Below, in pieces: positions 1 to 9,702 of a DNA stretch of 64,000 bases. Under the pieces are notes generated by a model, which did not search any database, was not told the origin of the DNA, and worked only from the letters and a program-made list of their open reading frames with translations. Position 1 is the first letter of the stretch. Each line of letters opens with the position of its first letter. The position numbers were made by a program, and so were the translations under genes. The stretch is from an uncultured delta proteobacterium (lineage in GTDB: Bacteria; Desulfobacterota; Binatia; UBA9968), in NCBI GenBank assembly GCA_963804165.1, contig CAWDPO010000046.1, positions 224,001 to 288,000 of the forward strand. Reading direction: 5' to 3'.

Positions 1-116
1 CGCATGGTGCTTTCCGATTCGGCGCCGCCGCTGAGATAGTGCCAAACATTGTCAGGCAGATTGCGTCGCGCCGCCATGATAATTTCCTGATTGGTCACAA
101 ACTCTAGCGGTGCCAT
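1..116 (-). CDS. FMN-dependent alpha-hydroxy acid oxidase/dehydrogenase, N-terminus (runs off window start)
   Basis: Manual translation MAPLEFVTNQEIIMAARRNLPDNVWHYLSGGAESESTMR matches the family N-terminus (AR..LP..++Y+.GGA..E.T+R); GAAAGGAG RBS upstream. Confidence 0.8.
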   Translation of the reverse strand, partial: MAPLEFVTNQEIIMAARRNLPDNVWHYLSGGAESESTM

Positions 117-384
117 CTGCTCCTTTCGCGATTTTTAAAAATCTGTGCCACAATGGCTTCGATTCTGGTTAGCGCAAAGCGCAACGTTTAACAATCCTCG
201 GAAAACGGTTGGCAAAGATTTTAAAGTGAGCAGGGCGAGAGGAAATGGCGGCTAGGAGTGAAAAACTCCGCGGAGCGCAGCGTGCCTTCAGCGTTAGATC
301 CAAATTACTGCGAGGGGTCCGACGGAATGAAATCGGACCCTCGCGTTTTAAAAATTGCTCGACCCGGGAGTGAGTCACTTGCGC

Positions 385-620
385 TCAATCATTATAGTAA
401 TCCCTGGAGGGATTGCTCCGGCTGTAGCGGCGATCATAGTCGCGATCATAACGCCCGTAGCGCCAATCGCGATCGCGATCGTAGCGATAGCTATAGCGTC
501 GCTCAGGGTGGCGATGGTATCCCCAGTGGTCATCTCGATCGTAGTAACAGCCGGCCGCAAACATCGTCATTAAAGCCATGAGCACTAGCGCAAAATCGAT
601 CCGCGTTTTGCTGGTTTCAT
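385..620 (-). CDS. Small Arg/Asp/Tyr-rich lipoprotein with an apparent 1-nt frameshift in the signal peptide
   Basis: AAAGGAG RBS then ATG at 620 (MKPAKRGSI); one extra T in the run at 592-595 joins it to FALVLMALMTMFAAG-C-YYDRDDHWGY (lipobox), followed by low-complexity RYDRD repeats. Confidence 0.65.
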
Positions 621-660
621 AAGTACTCCTTTCCCTGTTTGTCTCTCGATTTGAGATTTG

Positions 661-676
661 CGCAATGCCCATGCCA
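661..676 (-). promoter_or_regulatory. Sigma-54 (-24/-12) promoter
   Basis: Minus strand TGGCAT-GGGCA-TTGCG fits TGGCAC-N5-TTGCW, about 40 nt upstream of the lipoprotein ATG. Confidence 0.65.
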
Positions 677-778
677 GGGAAACGAAATCTTTGAAAACAC
701 GGAGTTCCACGCATATATGAATATTATGTGCATAACGATGTGGAAAATTCGCAGAAACGGGCGGAGGAGAAAACCGAG

Positions 779-796
779 TGTCGCAATTTTGCGACA
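779..796. promoter_or_regulatory. Palindromic operator / putative enhancer-binding-protein site
   Basis: Perfect inverted repeat TGTCGCAA-TT-TTGCGACA about 100 nt upstream of the sigma-54 motif. Confidence 0.55.
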
Positions 797-895
797 GGCA
801 GAAGCCGATGATATATGTGATAACAGAGGCGGCGCATGATTCGTAATGAAATACTAATGCAGAAGCTGGAGGGAGCAAGCTCGCGCAATCCGAAC

Positions 896-1504
896 ATGAA
901 ACAAGCGGCTTTTGTAATCGCTATAGTCTTCGCCATCACAGTCGCTGTGCGGAATGCTGTGCTCTGCGCCGATGAGATGCCGGTGAAGCTGGTGCCGGTG
1001 TTGAAGATCAACAAGGAATACGACAAGCGGACAACGATAAAGCCTTCGACCGTGCCGAATGGCGGCGATGGCCTGTTTGCCGTCGCACCAATTAAAAAAG
1101 GCGAAGTGATCGGCGAGCTCGGCGGCCGGCTCGTTACGGCCGAGGGTCACGCGGGAAATCATCATTATCTCGCCTCGATACCGGAGTGCGCGTGGGAAGA
1201 AACTCAACCCTACAGATACCTCGATAGTAAGGATTTCGGCGGCAACGTGAGCCGAACTAATTTCGCGCCGAGCAAGATCAATGGCGTAGAGACAGAGTTC
1301 CAGAATGCGGCGATCACTCAACTTTGCGCGTATCCCTATTTTGTTTTTGTTGCTTTGAAAGATATCGAGCCGGGGGCAGAGATCTGGTCGAGCTACGGTC
1401 CGCACTATGAATATGACAAGTTCATGTATGCGCCGGAGGTGCGGGATTTCTTCTGCGATTTAATAAAGATCGACTGCCACGAAAAATATGCCTACGAGTA
1501 CTAA
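896..1504 (+). CDS. SET-domain protein with N-terminal signal peptide
   Basis: GGDGLFAVAPIKKGEVIGELGG, SRTNFA and ALKDIEPGAEIWSSYG match SET motifs; MKQAAFVIAIVFAITVAVRNAVLCA resembles a signal peptide. Confidence 0.8.
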   Translation: MKQAAFVIAIVFAITVAVRNAVLCADEMPVKLVPVLKINKEYDKRTTIKPSTVPNGGDGLFAVAPIKKGEVIGELGGRLVTAEGHAGNHHYLASIPECAWEETQPYRYLDSKDFGGNVSRTNFAPSKINGVETEFQNAAITQLCAYPYFVFVALKDIEPGAEIWSSYGPHYEYDKFMYAPEVRDFFCDLIKIDCHEKYAYEY

Positions 1505-1586
1505 GAAAGAACGGGACATGACTCGGCGCAGTTTGGTTGATTGGGTGGAATCAGAAAACTTACCCATCATCGTTTGAGGAGGCGTT

Positions 1587-2384
1587 ATGGAGATTTTCGA
1601 TATTCATCACCATCTTGGCGCGTTGACGGGAGGGAGTCTGCAGGAGGGCGATGATTGGCAGGAGCGCGACTACAGCAACCGGGTGCGGATGATGGAAGCC
1701 AACGGTGTCACGATGGCGGCGATCCTGGCGGCGACGGGATACATTCAGGCAGACGGCATCAAGGATACGATGCGTTGCAATGATACGGTGGCCGCCTATC
1801 GCAAGCGCGACCCGAAGCGTTTCCCTGTCGCCTGCGGCATTGTCGAGCCGCTTCATGGGGTACGCTCGCTCGGCGAGCTCGAACGAATGAAGCATGAACT
1901 GCAGCTCGATGGTGTCGTGTGGCATAGCCGGTTTCAGGGCGTTGCCGTCGACCATCAACTGATGCGGCCGCTATTAAAAAAAGTCGGCGAGGTTGGACTC
2001 GTGCCGCTGATACACACCAACGCCGAGTCGAACCTCGAAGCGGTGTGGCGTCTGGAGCGGCTGGCGTTGGAATTCCCCGATCTGACGTTCGTTTCGATGG
2101 ATGCCTTAACGACGAATACCAATAGTCAGCTGGCGCTGGATATCGCCAAACGCACGAGCAATATTCTCTTCGACACTGCGCACGTGCGCGGCCCGGCCTA
2201 CATCCGTCAATTTGTCGAAGCGGTGGGCTCGCACCGGTTGATCTTTGGCAGTCTGTTTTATTCTTATCCGGCAAGTTATGAGCACTGCGCGACCCTAGAC
2301 GAGATCAAAGCGGCAAAAATTGGCGACGAGGACAAGGCCAAGATTCTTGCTCTCAATGCGAAAAAGCTTTTTAAGCTGGCCTAA
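1587..2384 (+). CDS. Amidohydrolase family protein (Amidohydro_2)
   Basis: N-terminal DIHHH metal motif, PLIHT, LFDT, RLIFGS; GAGGAGG RBS. Confidence 0.8.
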   Translation: MEIFDIHHHLGALTGGSLQEGDDWQERDYSNRVRMMEANGVTMAAILAATGYIQADGIKDTMRCNDTVAAYRKRDPKRFPVACGIVEPLHGVRSLGELERMKHELQLDGVVWHSRFQGVAVDHQLMRPLLKKVGEVGLVPLIHTNAESNLEAVWRLERLALEFPDLTFVSMDALTTNTNSQLALDIAKRTSNILFDTAHVRGPAYIRQFVEAVGSHRLIFGSLFYSYPASYEHCATLDEIKAAKIGDEDKAKILALNAKKLFKLA

Positions 2385-2893
2385 CCGCCCTGCCACCTAT
2401 TTGGACTCCGGGAGTCGGCATCGCGGCGAGATGGACAAGCCTCGGGACTCAGGCATCATCGATACGGACCGATAACGAAACTGCGGGGCATGCGGGGAAT
2501 CAGAGGTGATGATTGGTGTTAAAGGCGTGGTGCGGAAATAGATATGCCCCTTCCTACCGGTAACAATTACGTTCTCAAAGTGACAAATAGACTCGGAGAG
2601 ATTTTCGCCGCAAAGTCTTACTCCTTCTTATGGCCGGTGGTCCAAGTCTGCGTTTCAACGCATCGTCTACATGCCTCGACCAGACTGTCACGGCTCAGTT
2701 TGTGCAGCTCGACATTTCATTTTTCATGTCGAAGCGTTATTTACCCTCTGGAAACAAGGGGATCGGATGTTATGTTGCAGTTTGTCCCGTCGGCAACCCC
2801 CGCGTGACAAAGTTTTTGGCTAACGGAGACACAGAATAGTCGCCCAGTGATGACCGGTCTAGGACGTTCCGCGGCGACCGTGGAGAGAAACTC

Positions 2894-3514
2894 ATGCGAA
2901 CGCTATTTTTACGCATTGTTGGGATCTGCCTTTTGACGCTTGGTCTTGCTAGTTGTGCCACCACAAATCCCATCGTCAGCGAGTGGCGCAATCCCGGCTA
3001 CAACAAGGCGTCTTTCCATCGCGTTATGGTCGGTGGTCTTGGCGGGGCGACCAGCGTCCGGCGCAATTTCGAAGATGAATTCGTCAGCCAACTCCGGGCG
3101 GGCGGGATCGATGCGCTGCCGAGCTATCGCTACATATCCGACGATGAAGAAGTCGATGAAACCAAGATCAAAGAAGCAGCACAAAAGGCCGGCGCCGATG
3201 CCACGATCTTTACGCGATCGATTCAGGTGGAGCGAAAGACGCAACCCGGCGCGAGCTATTATCCCGGTCCCTGGTTCGGATTTTACGGCCCTCACGGCGG
3301 GGTCAGTTGGAGCGGCCTCTACGGCGTGCCGAGCGTGCATCGTTACAATGAGTATACATCGGAAGCTACGCTGTATGACGTGGCGAAAAACGAGTTGGTC
3401 TGGACCGCGACGATCCGGACCACCGAGCCGGACGACGTCAAGACCGCCATCAAGAGCTACGTCGCAGCGGTGATCCATACGCTCGATGAAAAAGACCTGC
3501 TGGGCAGAAGATAG
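2894..3514 (+). CDS. Lipoprotein (DUF4136-like)
   Basis: Lipobox LASC; RRNFEDEFV, Tyr/Gly-rich segment, LYDVAKNELVW. Confidence 0.7.
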   Translation: MRTLFLRIVGICLLTLGLASCATTNPIVSEWRNPGYNKASFHRVMVGGLGGATSVRRNFEDEFVSQLRAGGIDALPSYRYISDDEEVDETKIKEAAQKAGADATIFTRSIQVERKTQPGASYYPGPWFGFYGPHGGVSWSGLYGVPSVHRYNEYTSEATLYDVAKNELVWTATIRTTEPDDVKTAIKSYVAAVIHTLDEKDLLGRR

Positions 3515-3789
3515 AGCGATAAGACAGCTTCTTGGTAAGCTCGTTGTGAATCACGGCAATCCTCAATTTCGTGGAGCAACGCGGCATCCGCGCGTCGTGG
3601 CGTTTTGCTTTCTCGCCGCCGGGTGTGCTGTCGTCAATTACGCAGCTTGACGGCTTGTGTCATTTGAGCACGCCAGAAGAACGTACCAGTTGAAGTTGTT
3701 CCACCGGCGATTTGACAAGCTCAGTCGCCTATGATTCCTGAGAAAGCATCGAACTCGAACAGGAGTAGGCGCCCGCTAAAACACTGCCG

Positions 3790-4398
3790 ATGAAAATATA
3801 TTATTTTCTTGAGCTACTTATCGCCACGGTATTTATCGTTCCGGATTCAAGCTTGGCAGCCGCGCAAAAAAGGGAGCCGCAGCAGGTCGCACTGATAAAA
3901 ATCGATAAAAAATATGAAACCAGAACTGTCGTTAAAAAGTCGACGGTCCCTGGCGCCGGCAATGGCCTGTTTGCCGCGGTGAAAATTAAAAAAGGAGAAG
4001 TGATCGGTCAACTGGGTGGGCGGCTGGTTTCGGATGACGATTACCCCAAAGGCAACCCTTATCTGGCGACTATCCCGGAATGCGCGCTGGAGAAAACCAA
4101 GCCGTACAAATATATCGACAGTAAAGACTACGGCGCTCACGTGAGCCGCATCAATTTCGCGCCGAGCAAGATCAACGGAAAGGATACCGACTTTCAAAAT
4201 GCCGCCATCAAGCAACTTTGCGATCATCCGTATTTCGTTTTCGTCGCTTTGAAGGATATCGAGCAAGGCACGGAGATTTGGTCCAGTTACGGTCCCAACT
4301 ACGATTACGAGAGGTTTATGAAAATCCCGGCAGTGCGCGATTTTTTCTGCGGGTTACAAAAGATCGATTGTCGTGAAAAATACACCTATTCATATTAA
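3790..4398 (+). CDS. SET-domain protein with N-terminal signal peptide (paralog of 896-1504)
   Basis: GAGNGLFAAVKIKKGEVIGQLGG, SRINFA, ALKDIEQGTEIWSSYG; colinear with the 896 protein. Confidence 0.8.
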   Translation: MKIYYFLELLIATVFIVPDSSLAAAQKREPQQVALIKIDKKYETRTVVKKSTVPGAGNGLFAAVKIKKGEVIGQLGGRLVSDDDYPKGNPYLATIPECALEKTKPYKYIDSKDYGAHVSRINFAPSKINGKDTDFQNAAIKQLCDHPYFVFVALKDIEQGTEIWSSYGPNYDYERFMKIPAVRDFFCGLQKIDCREKYTYSY

Positions 4399-4619
4399 GA
4401 TTCTGCCGAATACCCATTTACCCGCGGCATGGCCGTGGGCGTAATCGTCCCGCCAATGGTTCTTCCCAAGAGAGTGTTCGCTTCGTGCCCTGTTGCATCA
4501 TCGGTCGTCGTTCCGCGGGTTTAAGCTCGGATCGGAGCCGCGGTCAGACCGCTTGAGCGCTGCTTAGCACTGTTCCCGTTGTGGACTGTAATAGTGCTAT
4601 TTTGTTAAGAGTGTGGTGA

Positions 4620-5765
4620 ATGGATATGGACTACAAAACCGACGATTTGCGGATACGCGAGATCAAAGAGCTCGTTGCGCCGGTGGATTTACTTAGCGAG
4701 TTTTTCATCACTCGAAGGGTCGCAGAGACTGTCTGGCAGACGCGGCAAGCAATCCACCGAATCTTGCACGGCGCGGACGATCGCTTATTGGTCATCATGG
4801 GGCCGTGTTCGATTCACGACGTAAGAGCAGCGATGGAATTTGCCGGCAGACTCGGCGAAGCGAAAGGCCGGCTCGCCGCGGATTTATTGGTCGTAATGCG
4901 AGTCTATTTTGAAAAACCGCGCACCACGGTGGGATGGAAAGGGCTGATCAATGATCCCGACCTGGACGGCAGCTATCGCATCAATGAAGGATTGCGTATA
5001 GCACGCCAATTGCTGCTTGAGCTCAATGAAGCGCGAATGCCGGTCGGTTGCGAGTTTCTTGATATGGTCATTCCGCAATACATCGGCGACCTCGTCTCCT
5101 GGGGCGCCATCGGCGCCCGCACCACCGAAAGCCAACTGCACCGTGAGCTCGCGTCCGGGTTGTCCTGCCCGGTGGGTTTCAAGAACGGCACGGACGGAAA
5201 TATACGCGTCGCGCTCGACGCGATCCGCGCGGCGCAGGCGCCACATCATTTCATTGCCGTGACCAAGGCGGGACGCTCTGCAATCGCGGCGACGACCGGT
5301 AATGAAGATTGCCACATGATTCTGCGCGGCGGAAAACGGCCCAACTATCACGCTGCAAACGTTGCTGCCGCGGTAAAACACCTTACGGAGGCCGGCATCC
5401 AACCGCGGATCATGATCGATCTTAGCCATGGTAACAGCGCCAAAGATCCGCAAAAACAAGTTGACGTCGGACGCAATGTGGCGGCCCAGGTCGCCGGAGG
5501 CGACAGAAGTATTTTCGGTGTCATGGTCGAAAGCCATTTGAAGGCGGGCCGGCAAGACCTGCTGCCGGGCAAGGCTCTCGTGTACGGCCTAAGCATCACT
5601 GACGCTTGCATCGGTTGGGAGGAGAGCGCCGCGCTGCTGGACACGCTCGCTGCCGCGGTGCGTGCGCGCCGCCGAAAGATGGCCGGGGATGTTGATCCCG
5701 GTGGTGGGGCCGTCCAGGACGACGCTACGGTGAATGGACACGTTAAGTTGACACTTCATGATTGA
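4620..5765 (+). CDS. aroG: DAHP synthase, type I-alpha
   Basis: GPCSIHD, MRVYFEKPRTTVGWKGLINDP, GAIGARTTESQLHRELASGLS, SITDACIGW. Confidence 0.95.
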   Translation: MDMDYKTDDLRIREIKELVAPVDLLSEFFITRRVAETVWQTRQAIHRILHGADDRLLVIMGPCSIHDVRAAMEFAGRLGEAKGRLAADLLVVMRVYFEKPRTTVGWKGLINDPDLDGSYRINEGLRIARQLLLELNEARMPVGCEFLDMVIPQYIGDLVSWGAIGARTTESQLHRELASGLSCPVGFKNGTDGNIRVALDAIRAAQAPHHFIAVTKAGRSAIAATTGNEDCHMILRGGKRPNYHAANVAAAVKHLTEAGIQPRIMIDLSHGNSAKDPQKQVDVGRNVAAQVAGGDRSIFGVMVESHLKAGRQDLLPGKALVYGLSITDACIGWEESAALLDTLAAAVRARRRKMAGDVDPGGGAVQDDATVNGHVKLTLHD

Positions 5766-5795
5766 AATTAAACCGCTCACAGGGAGTCGCGCCCG

Positions 5796-6788
5796 ATGAA
5801 TATTCGATCGCTCCGGTTGCTCATTCTGCTTGGCACTTTGTTGGTGTCTTATCGTAACGTTCATCCGGCGACAGCGCTGACTAAAGTGAATCTGACGTCC
5901 GGTTCCGCGAGCGAGCGCGACGGCGTGATTTACGTCGCTCAGGAGCAAGGTTTGTTCCGCAAATACGGACTGGATGTAAGCTTTGTGCAGGTTCGCAGCG
6001 GTCCTGTGGCCATGTCGGCGCTAAGCTCGGGTGAGACGCACTTTCATTGGGGATCGGTTTCTGGAGCTAACCTCGGGGCGATTGCCGAGGGCGCGGATTT
6101 GGTATTCGTCGCTGGGTTTATCAATCGGCTCTCCGGTATATTCGTCGTCAATCCGCAGATCAAGTCCCCGGCAGAGCTGAAGGGAAAAAGTGTAGCGGTG
6201 AACAGTTTGAGTGGCGGCGGTTGGATTTTTTCGATGCTGATGCTGGACTATTGGGGACTTGCGCCGGAACGGGACAAGATTCAGTTCAGGACCTTGGGCG
6301 AGCAGGCGGTGATGGCGCAGGGAGTATTGAGCGGCACGGCGGACGCAGCGTTCTTGAGCTACACCTTCGGCAAGATGCTTCAAGGCAAAGGGTTTCGCGT
6401 TCTGGCGGATAGCGAAAAACTGCCGATTCCTTATCAAGGCTCGGGCATCATCACCAGGCGAAACGTCATAAATTCGTCACCGGCGATGCTGGAAAATTTG
6501 CTGCGCGCGTTACTCGATAGCGCGGCTTTCATTCGCAATCCTGAAAACAAGGCGCAAGTCACTAAAACTCTGGCGAGAGCGCTGCGCTTCAAACGGGTCG
6601 AGGACGCCGATGAAGGCTATCAAAGCATGGTGAATCTTTACGAGCGAAAGATTTATCCCAGCGTCGATGGCATTCGTAACGTGATCCGCCTGCTCGGCGC
6701 GAGTAATGAGAAAATCCGCCGCCTTAAAGCAGAAGATTTGGTCGACGATAGCGCCGTGCGCAAATTGGAGAAGGAAGGGCGGTTCTAG
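5796..6788 (+). CDS. ABC substrate-binding protein, NMT1/SsuA/TauA type (no adjacent permease)
   Basis: Signal peptide, VAQEQGLFRKYGLDV, ELKGKSVAV. Confidence 0.8.
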   Translation: MNIRSLRLLILLGTLLVSYRNVHPATALTKVNLTSGSASERDGVIYVAQEQGLFRKYGLDVSFVQVRSGPVAMSALSSGETHFHWGSVSGANLGAIAEGADLVFVAGFINRLSGIFVVNPQIKSPAELKGKSVAVNSLSGGGWIFSMLMLDYWGLAPERDKIQFRTLGEQAVMAQGVLSGTADAAFLSYTFGKMLQGKGFRVLADSEKLPIPYQGSGIITRRNVINSSPAMLENLLRALLDSAAFIRNPENKAQVTKTLARALRFKRVEDADEGYQSMVNLYERKIYPSVDGIRNVIRLLGASNEKIRRLKAEDLVDDSAVRKLEKEGRF

Positions 6789-6935
6789 GCGGGCGCTTTG
6801 TCGGCGGCGATCCGCTGCTTGACGTCATCCACGCCTTTAAAAATATCAGTGGTTGTGTCATAGAGGATGCGTTCTAAACGGGAGACAGCTTACGGCGGAA
6901 CATTTCCGCGCTAGATCAAGTCGGAGGAGAGAACA

Positions 6936-7844
6936 GTGGCCTTTCAAAAAATCGGTATCATGAGCATCGGCGAGATGGGATTTCACTGGGCCAAGCTGCT
7001 CAGGAGCCATGGCGTGGAAGTCCTGACCTACGACAAGGATCGCGGCGAGGTGAGCCGCAAGCGAGGCGAAAATGCCGGTGTAAAATCGCTAGGATCGATG
7101 GTCGAGCTGGTGCGCGAAAGCGAGTTGATCGTTTCCATCGTCGTGCCCTCAGCCGCGACGCGGGTGGCGGGTAAGGTTTCGGACGCGGTGAATAGCTCCG
7201 GGCGCAAGGATCTCCTTTATCTCGACGCCAATGCGATCTCGCCGATGACCGCAGATGAAATCGCCAAAATCTTAAAGCCCGCGGGCGTGAATTTTGTAGA
7301 TGGGTGCATTATCGGCGCGGCCGCTAGGATGGGCAAGGGGACAATCGTCTACGTATCCGGCGCCGAAGCGAGCCGGCTGCAGGTATTGGAGGCTTTCGAT
7401 ATTCCGACCAAAGTGCTGGGACCCAACACCAACCAAGCATCGGCGTTTAAAGTCGTCTACGCGGGTCTCACCAAGGGGCTGCAAGGGCTATTTTGCGAGC
7501 TCTTTATGGGCGCGCGCCGGTTTGGTCTGCTCGATGAGATTCGCGCCCAATATGAGGAAAGCTTTCCCGGACTGCTCGATAAAGTGTCCGGCTCCATCGT
7601 TGGCTTGCAGGTTCACGCCGGCCGGCGCGCCGAGGAGATGGATGAGCTAAAACGAACATTTAATCACCACGGCATGAACTCTTTCATGGCGCCTGCGGTG
7701 CAGAAGGTATTGGAAGCGATCGCGGCTTTGGAAGTGGGGCAGGCTTCGGCCAGCGGCGCACGCCAGGGCGACCTGCAGGAGACGCTGGAGCTCTTCTATA
7801 AAAAGGGGCTATTACAGTTGAGTTCTGCTAAGCCAGAATTCTAA
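6936..7844 (+). CDS. NAD(P)-dependent oxidoreductase (6PGD/3HIBDH-like, DUF1932 C-terminus)
   Basis: IGIMSIGEMG Rossmann motif, DANAISP, ASAFKVVYAGLTKG, HAGRRAEEM. Confidence 0.8.
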   Translation: MAFQKIGIMSIGEMGFHWAKLLRSHGVEVLTYDKDRGEVSRKRGENAGVKSLGSMVELVRESELIVSIVVPSAATRVAGKVSDAVNSSGRKDLLYLDANAISPMTADEIAKILKPAGVNFVDGCIIGAAARMGKGTIVYVSGAEASRLQVLEAFDIPTKVLGPNTNQASAFKVVYAGLTKGLQGLFCELFMGARRFGLLDEIRAQYEESFPGLLDKVSGSIVGLQVHAGRRAEEMDELKRTFNHHGMNSFMAPAVQKVLEAIAALEVGQASASGARQGDLQETLELFYKKGLLQLSSAKPEF

Positions 7845-7917
7845 ACGACACCTATAGCCATAGGGCTATATTCTTGGTATGCAGTGCAGAACACGAATTT
7901 GAGGGAGGGTTAAACCA

Positions 7918-9687
7918 GTGTCCAGAGTGGAGAAGAAACAACCGCAATACGGTTCCGACGTCGTCGTCGATTTGATGAAGGCGTTCGATATCGAGTACGC
8001 CGCATTCAACCCGGGCGCAACCTTTCGTGGCATTCACGACTCTATAGTCAACTACGGCGGCAACTATAAACCTGAAGTGATCTTCTGCCATCATGAAGAA
8101 ATTTCGGTGGCCGTCGCGCACGGCTATGCCAAGGCCAAGAACAAGCCGATGATCGCCATCGTGCACAACATGGTCGGTTTGCAGCACGCCAGCATGGCAA
8201 TCTTTAACGCCTACATCGACCGCGTGCCAATGATGGTCCTCGGCGGCACCGGACCGATGAATTCAAAACGGCGCCGCCCGCGCATCGACTGGATCCACAC
8301 GGCGCTTGTCCAAGGCAATCAGGTGCGTGATTACACCAAGTGGGACGACCAGCCGTATTCGTTGGCGGATGTGCCGGATTCCTTTATCCGCGGCTATCGG
8401 ATTGCGACGACGGATCCGACGGCGCCGGTTTACATCAACTACGATGCCGACATCCAAGAAGATGCGCTCACGAGCGCGTTCGATGTTCCCGATGTCAGCC
8501 GCTACGCCGCTCCGGCTTCCATGCAGGCAAACCCGGACGCGCTACGGAAAGCGGCGGAGTTGCTGGTCAACGCCCAGGCGCCGATCATCATCGCCGATTC
8601 GCTCGGGCGCAATCCCAAATCCGTGCCTGCACTGATCCAGTTGGCGGAATTGCTGGCCGTGCCCGTGGTCGACAAGGGCGGGCGCTTTAATTTTCCGTCC
8701 GTTCATCCATTGGATGCAACGGATGGTGCGCGCGAACTCCTGCAGAAAACCGACTTCATTTTAGCTTTAGATGTGGCGGATCTTTTCGGCTCCTTGACCA
8801 CCGTGAGCAAACAGACGCGCAACTGTGAATACATCACCGCGCCCTCGGTAAAAATTGCCACCATTTCGATGAACGACATGCTGGTCCACTCGTGGGCTAA
8901 TGACTATCAGGCGTTACAAGCGGTGGATGTGCCGATGAGCGCGGACACGGCGGTGGCGGTGCCGGAACTGACCCGGCTGTGTCGGGAGTTGGTGGGTAAC
9001 GACAGCAAGAAAAAAGCCGCCATCGAAACACGTCAAAAAGAATTGGCCGAAAAGCACAAAAACCGGCGCGCGAAATGGCGCGCGGACGCTGAAGCCAAAG
9101 GCTCGCAGAAAGAAATTTCCACCGCCTGGTTGGGTCTGGAAGTCGGCGAAGCCGTCAAGCGCGAAGACTGGGTATTGGTCAACGGGACTTCCAATGGCTG
9201 GACGCGCCGGTTATGGGATTATACCAAGCCGAATCAGACTCTCGGCGGCAGCGGCGGCGCCGGCCTCGGCTACGGTCCCGGTGCGTCGATCGGCGCGGCT
9301 TTGGCGCTCAAGGGCGGCGGCAAGCTCCCCGTGGCGATTCAGTCCGACGGCGACATGTTGATGACCTCGAGCGCGCTGTGGACCGCGGCGAAGCACCGCA
9401 TCCCGCTGCTTATGGTGATGCACAACAACCAGTCTTACTACAACTCCGAAGAACACGGCATCGAAGTCGCCAAGTTTCGCAATCGACCGGTGGAAAATGC
9501 CGGCATCGGCACCCATGTCGATGATCCCGCAATCGATTTTGCGACGATGGCAAAATCATTCGGTGTCAGCGGCGAAGGACCCGTGCGCAACCCCGCGGAT
9601 CTCCGACCCGCCATTGAACGGGGCGTAAAATACGTAAAGGAAAAGCAGCTGCCGTACCTCGTCGACGTCATCGCCGAGCCACGCTAA
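7918..9687 (+). CDS. Thiamine diphosphate-dependent enzyme (acetolactate synthase/decarboxylase superfamily)
   Basis: NPGATFRGIHDS, HHEEISVAVAHGYAK, SDGD...NN ThDP-binding motif. Confidence 0.88.
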   Translation: MSRVEKKQPQYGSDVVVDLMKAFDIEYAAFNPGATFRGIHDSIVNYGGNYKPEVIFCHHEEISVAVAHGYAKAKNKPMIAIVHNMVGLQHASMAIFNAYIDRVPMMVLGGTGPMNSKRRRPRIDWIHTALVQGNQVRDYTKWDDQPYSLADVPDSFIRGYRIATTDPTAPVYINYDADIQEDALTSAFDVPDVSRYAAPASMQANPDALRKAAELLVNAQAPIIIADSLGRNPKSVPALIQLAELLAVPVVDKGGRFNFPSVHPLDATDGARELLQKTDFILALDVADLFGSLTTVSKQTRNCEYITAPSVKIATISMNDMLVHSWANDYQALQAVDVPMSADTAVAVPELTRLCRELVGNDSKKKAAIETRQKELAEKHKNRRAKWRADAEAKGSQKEISTAWLGLEVGEAVKREDWVLVNGTSNGWTRRLWDYTKPNQTLGGSGGAGLGYGPGASIGAALALKGGGKLPVAIQSDGDMLMTSSALWTAAKHRIPLLMVMHNNQSYYNSEEHGIEVAKFRNRPVENAGIGTHVDDPAIDFATMAKSFGVSGEGPVRNPADLRPAIERGVKYVKEKQLPYLVDVIAEPR

Positions 9688-9702
9688 GTCACGACGGAAC
9701 AT

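Noticed and set aside
258-581. Plus-strand and alternative-frame ORFs over the RYD repeat
   Set aside because: By-products of the low-complexity repeat; only the minus-strand lipoprotein frame has an RBS, promoter and lipobox.
2385-2893. Short ORFs in the 500-nt spacer
   Set aside because: No RBS, motif or coding-like composition that I can support.
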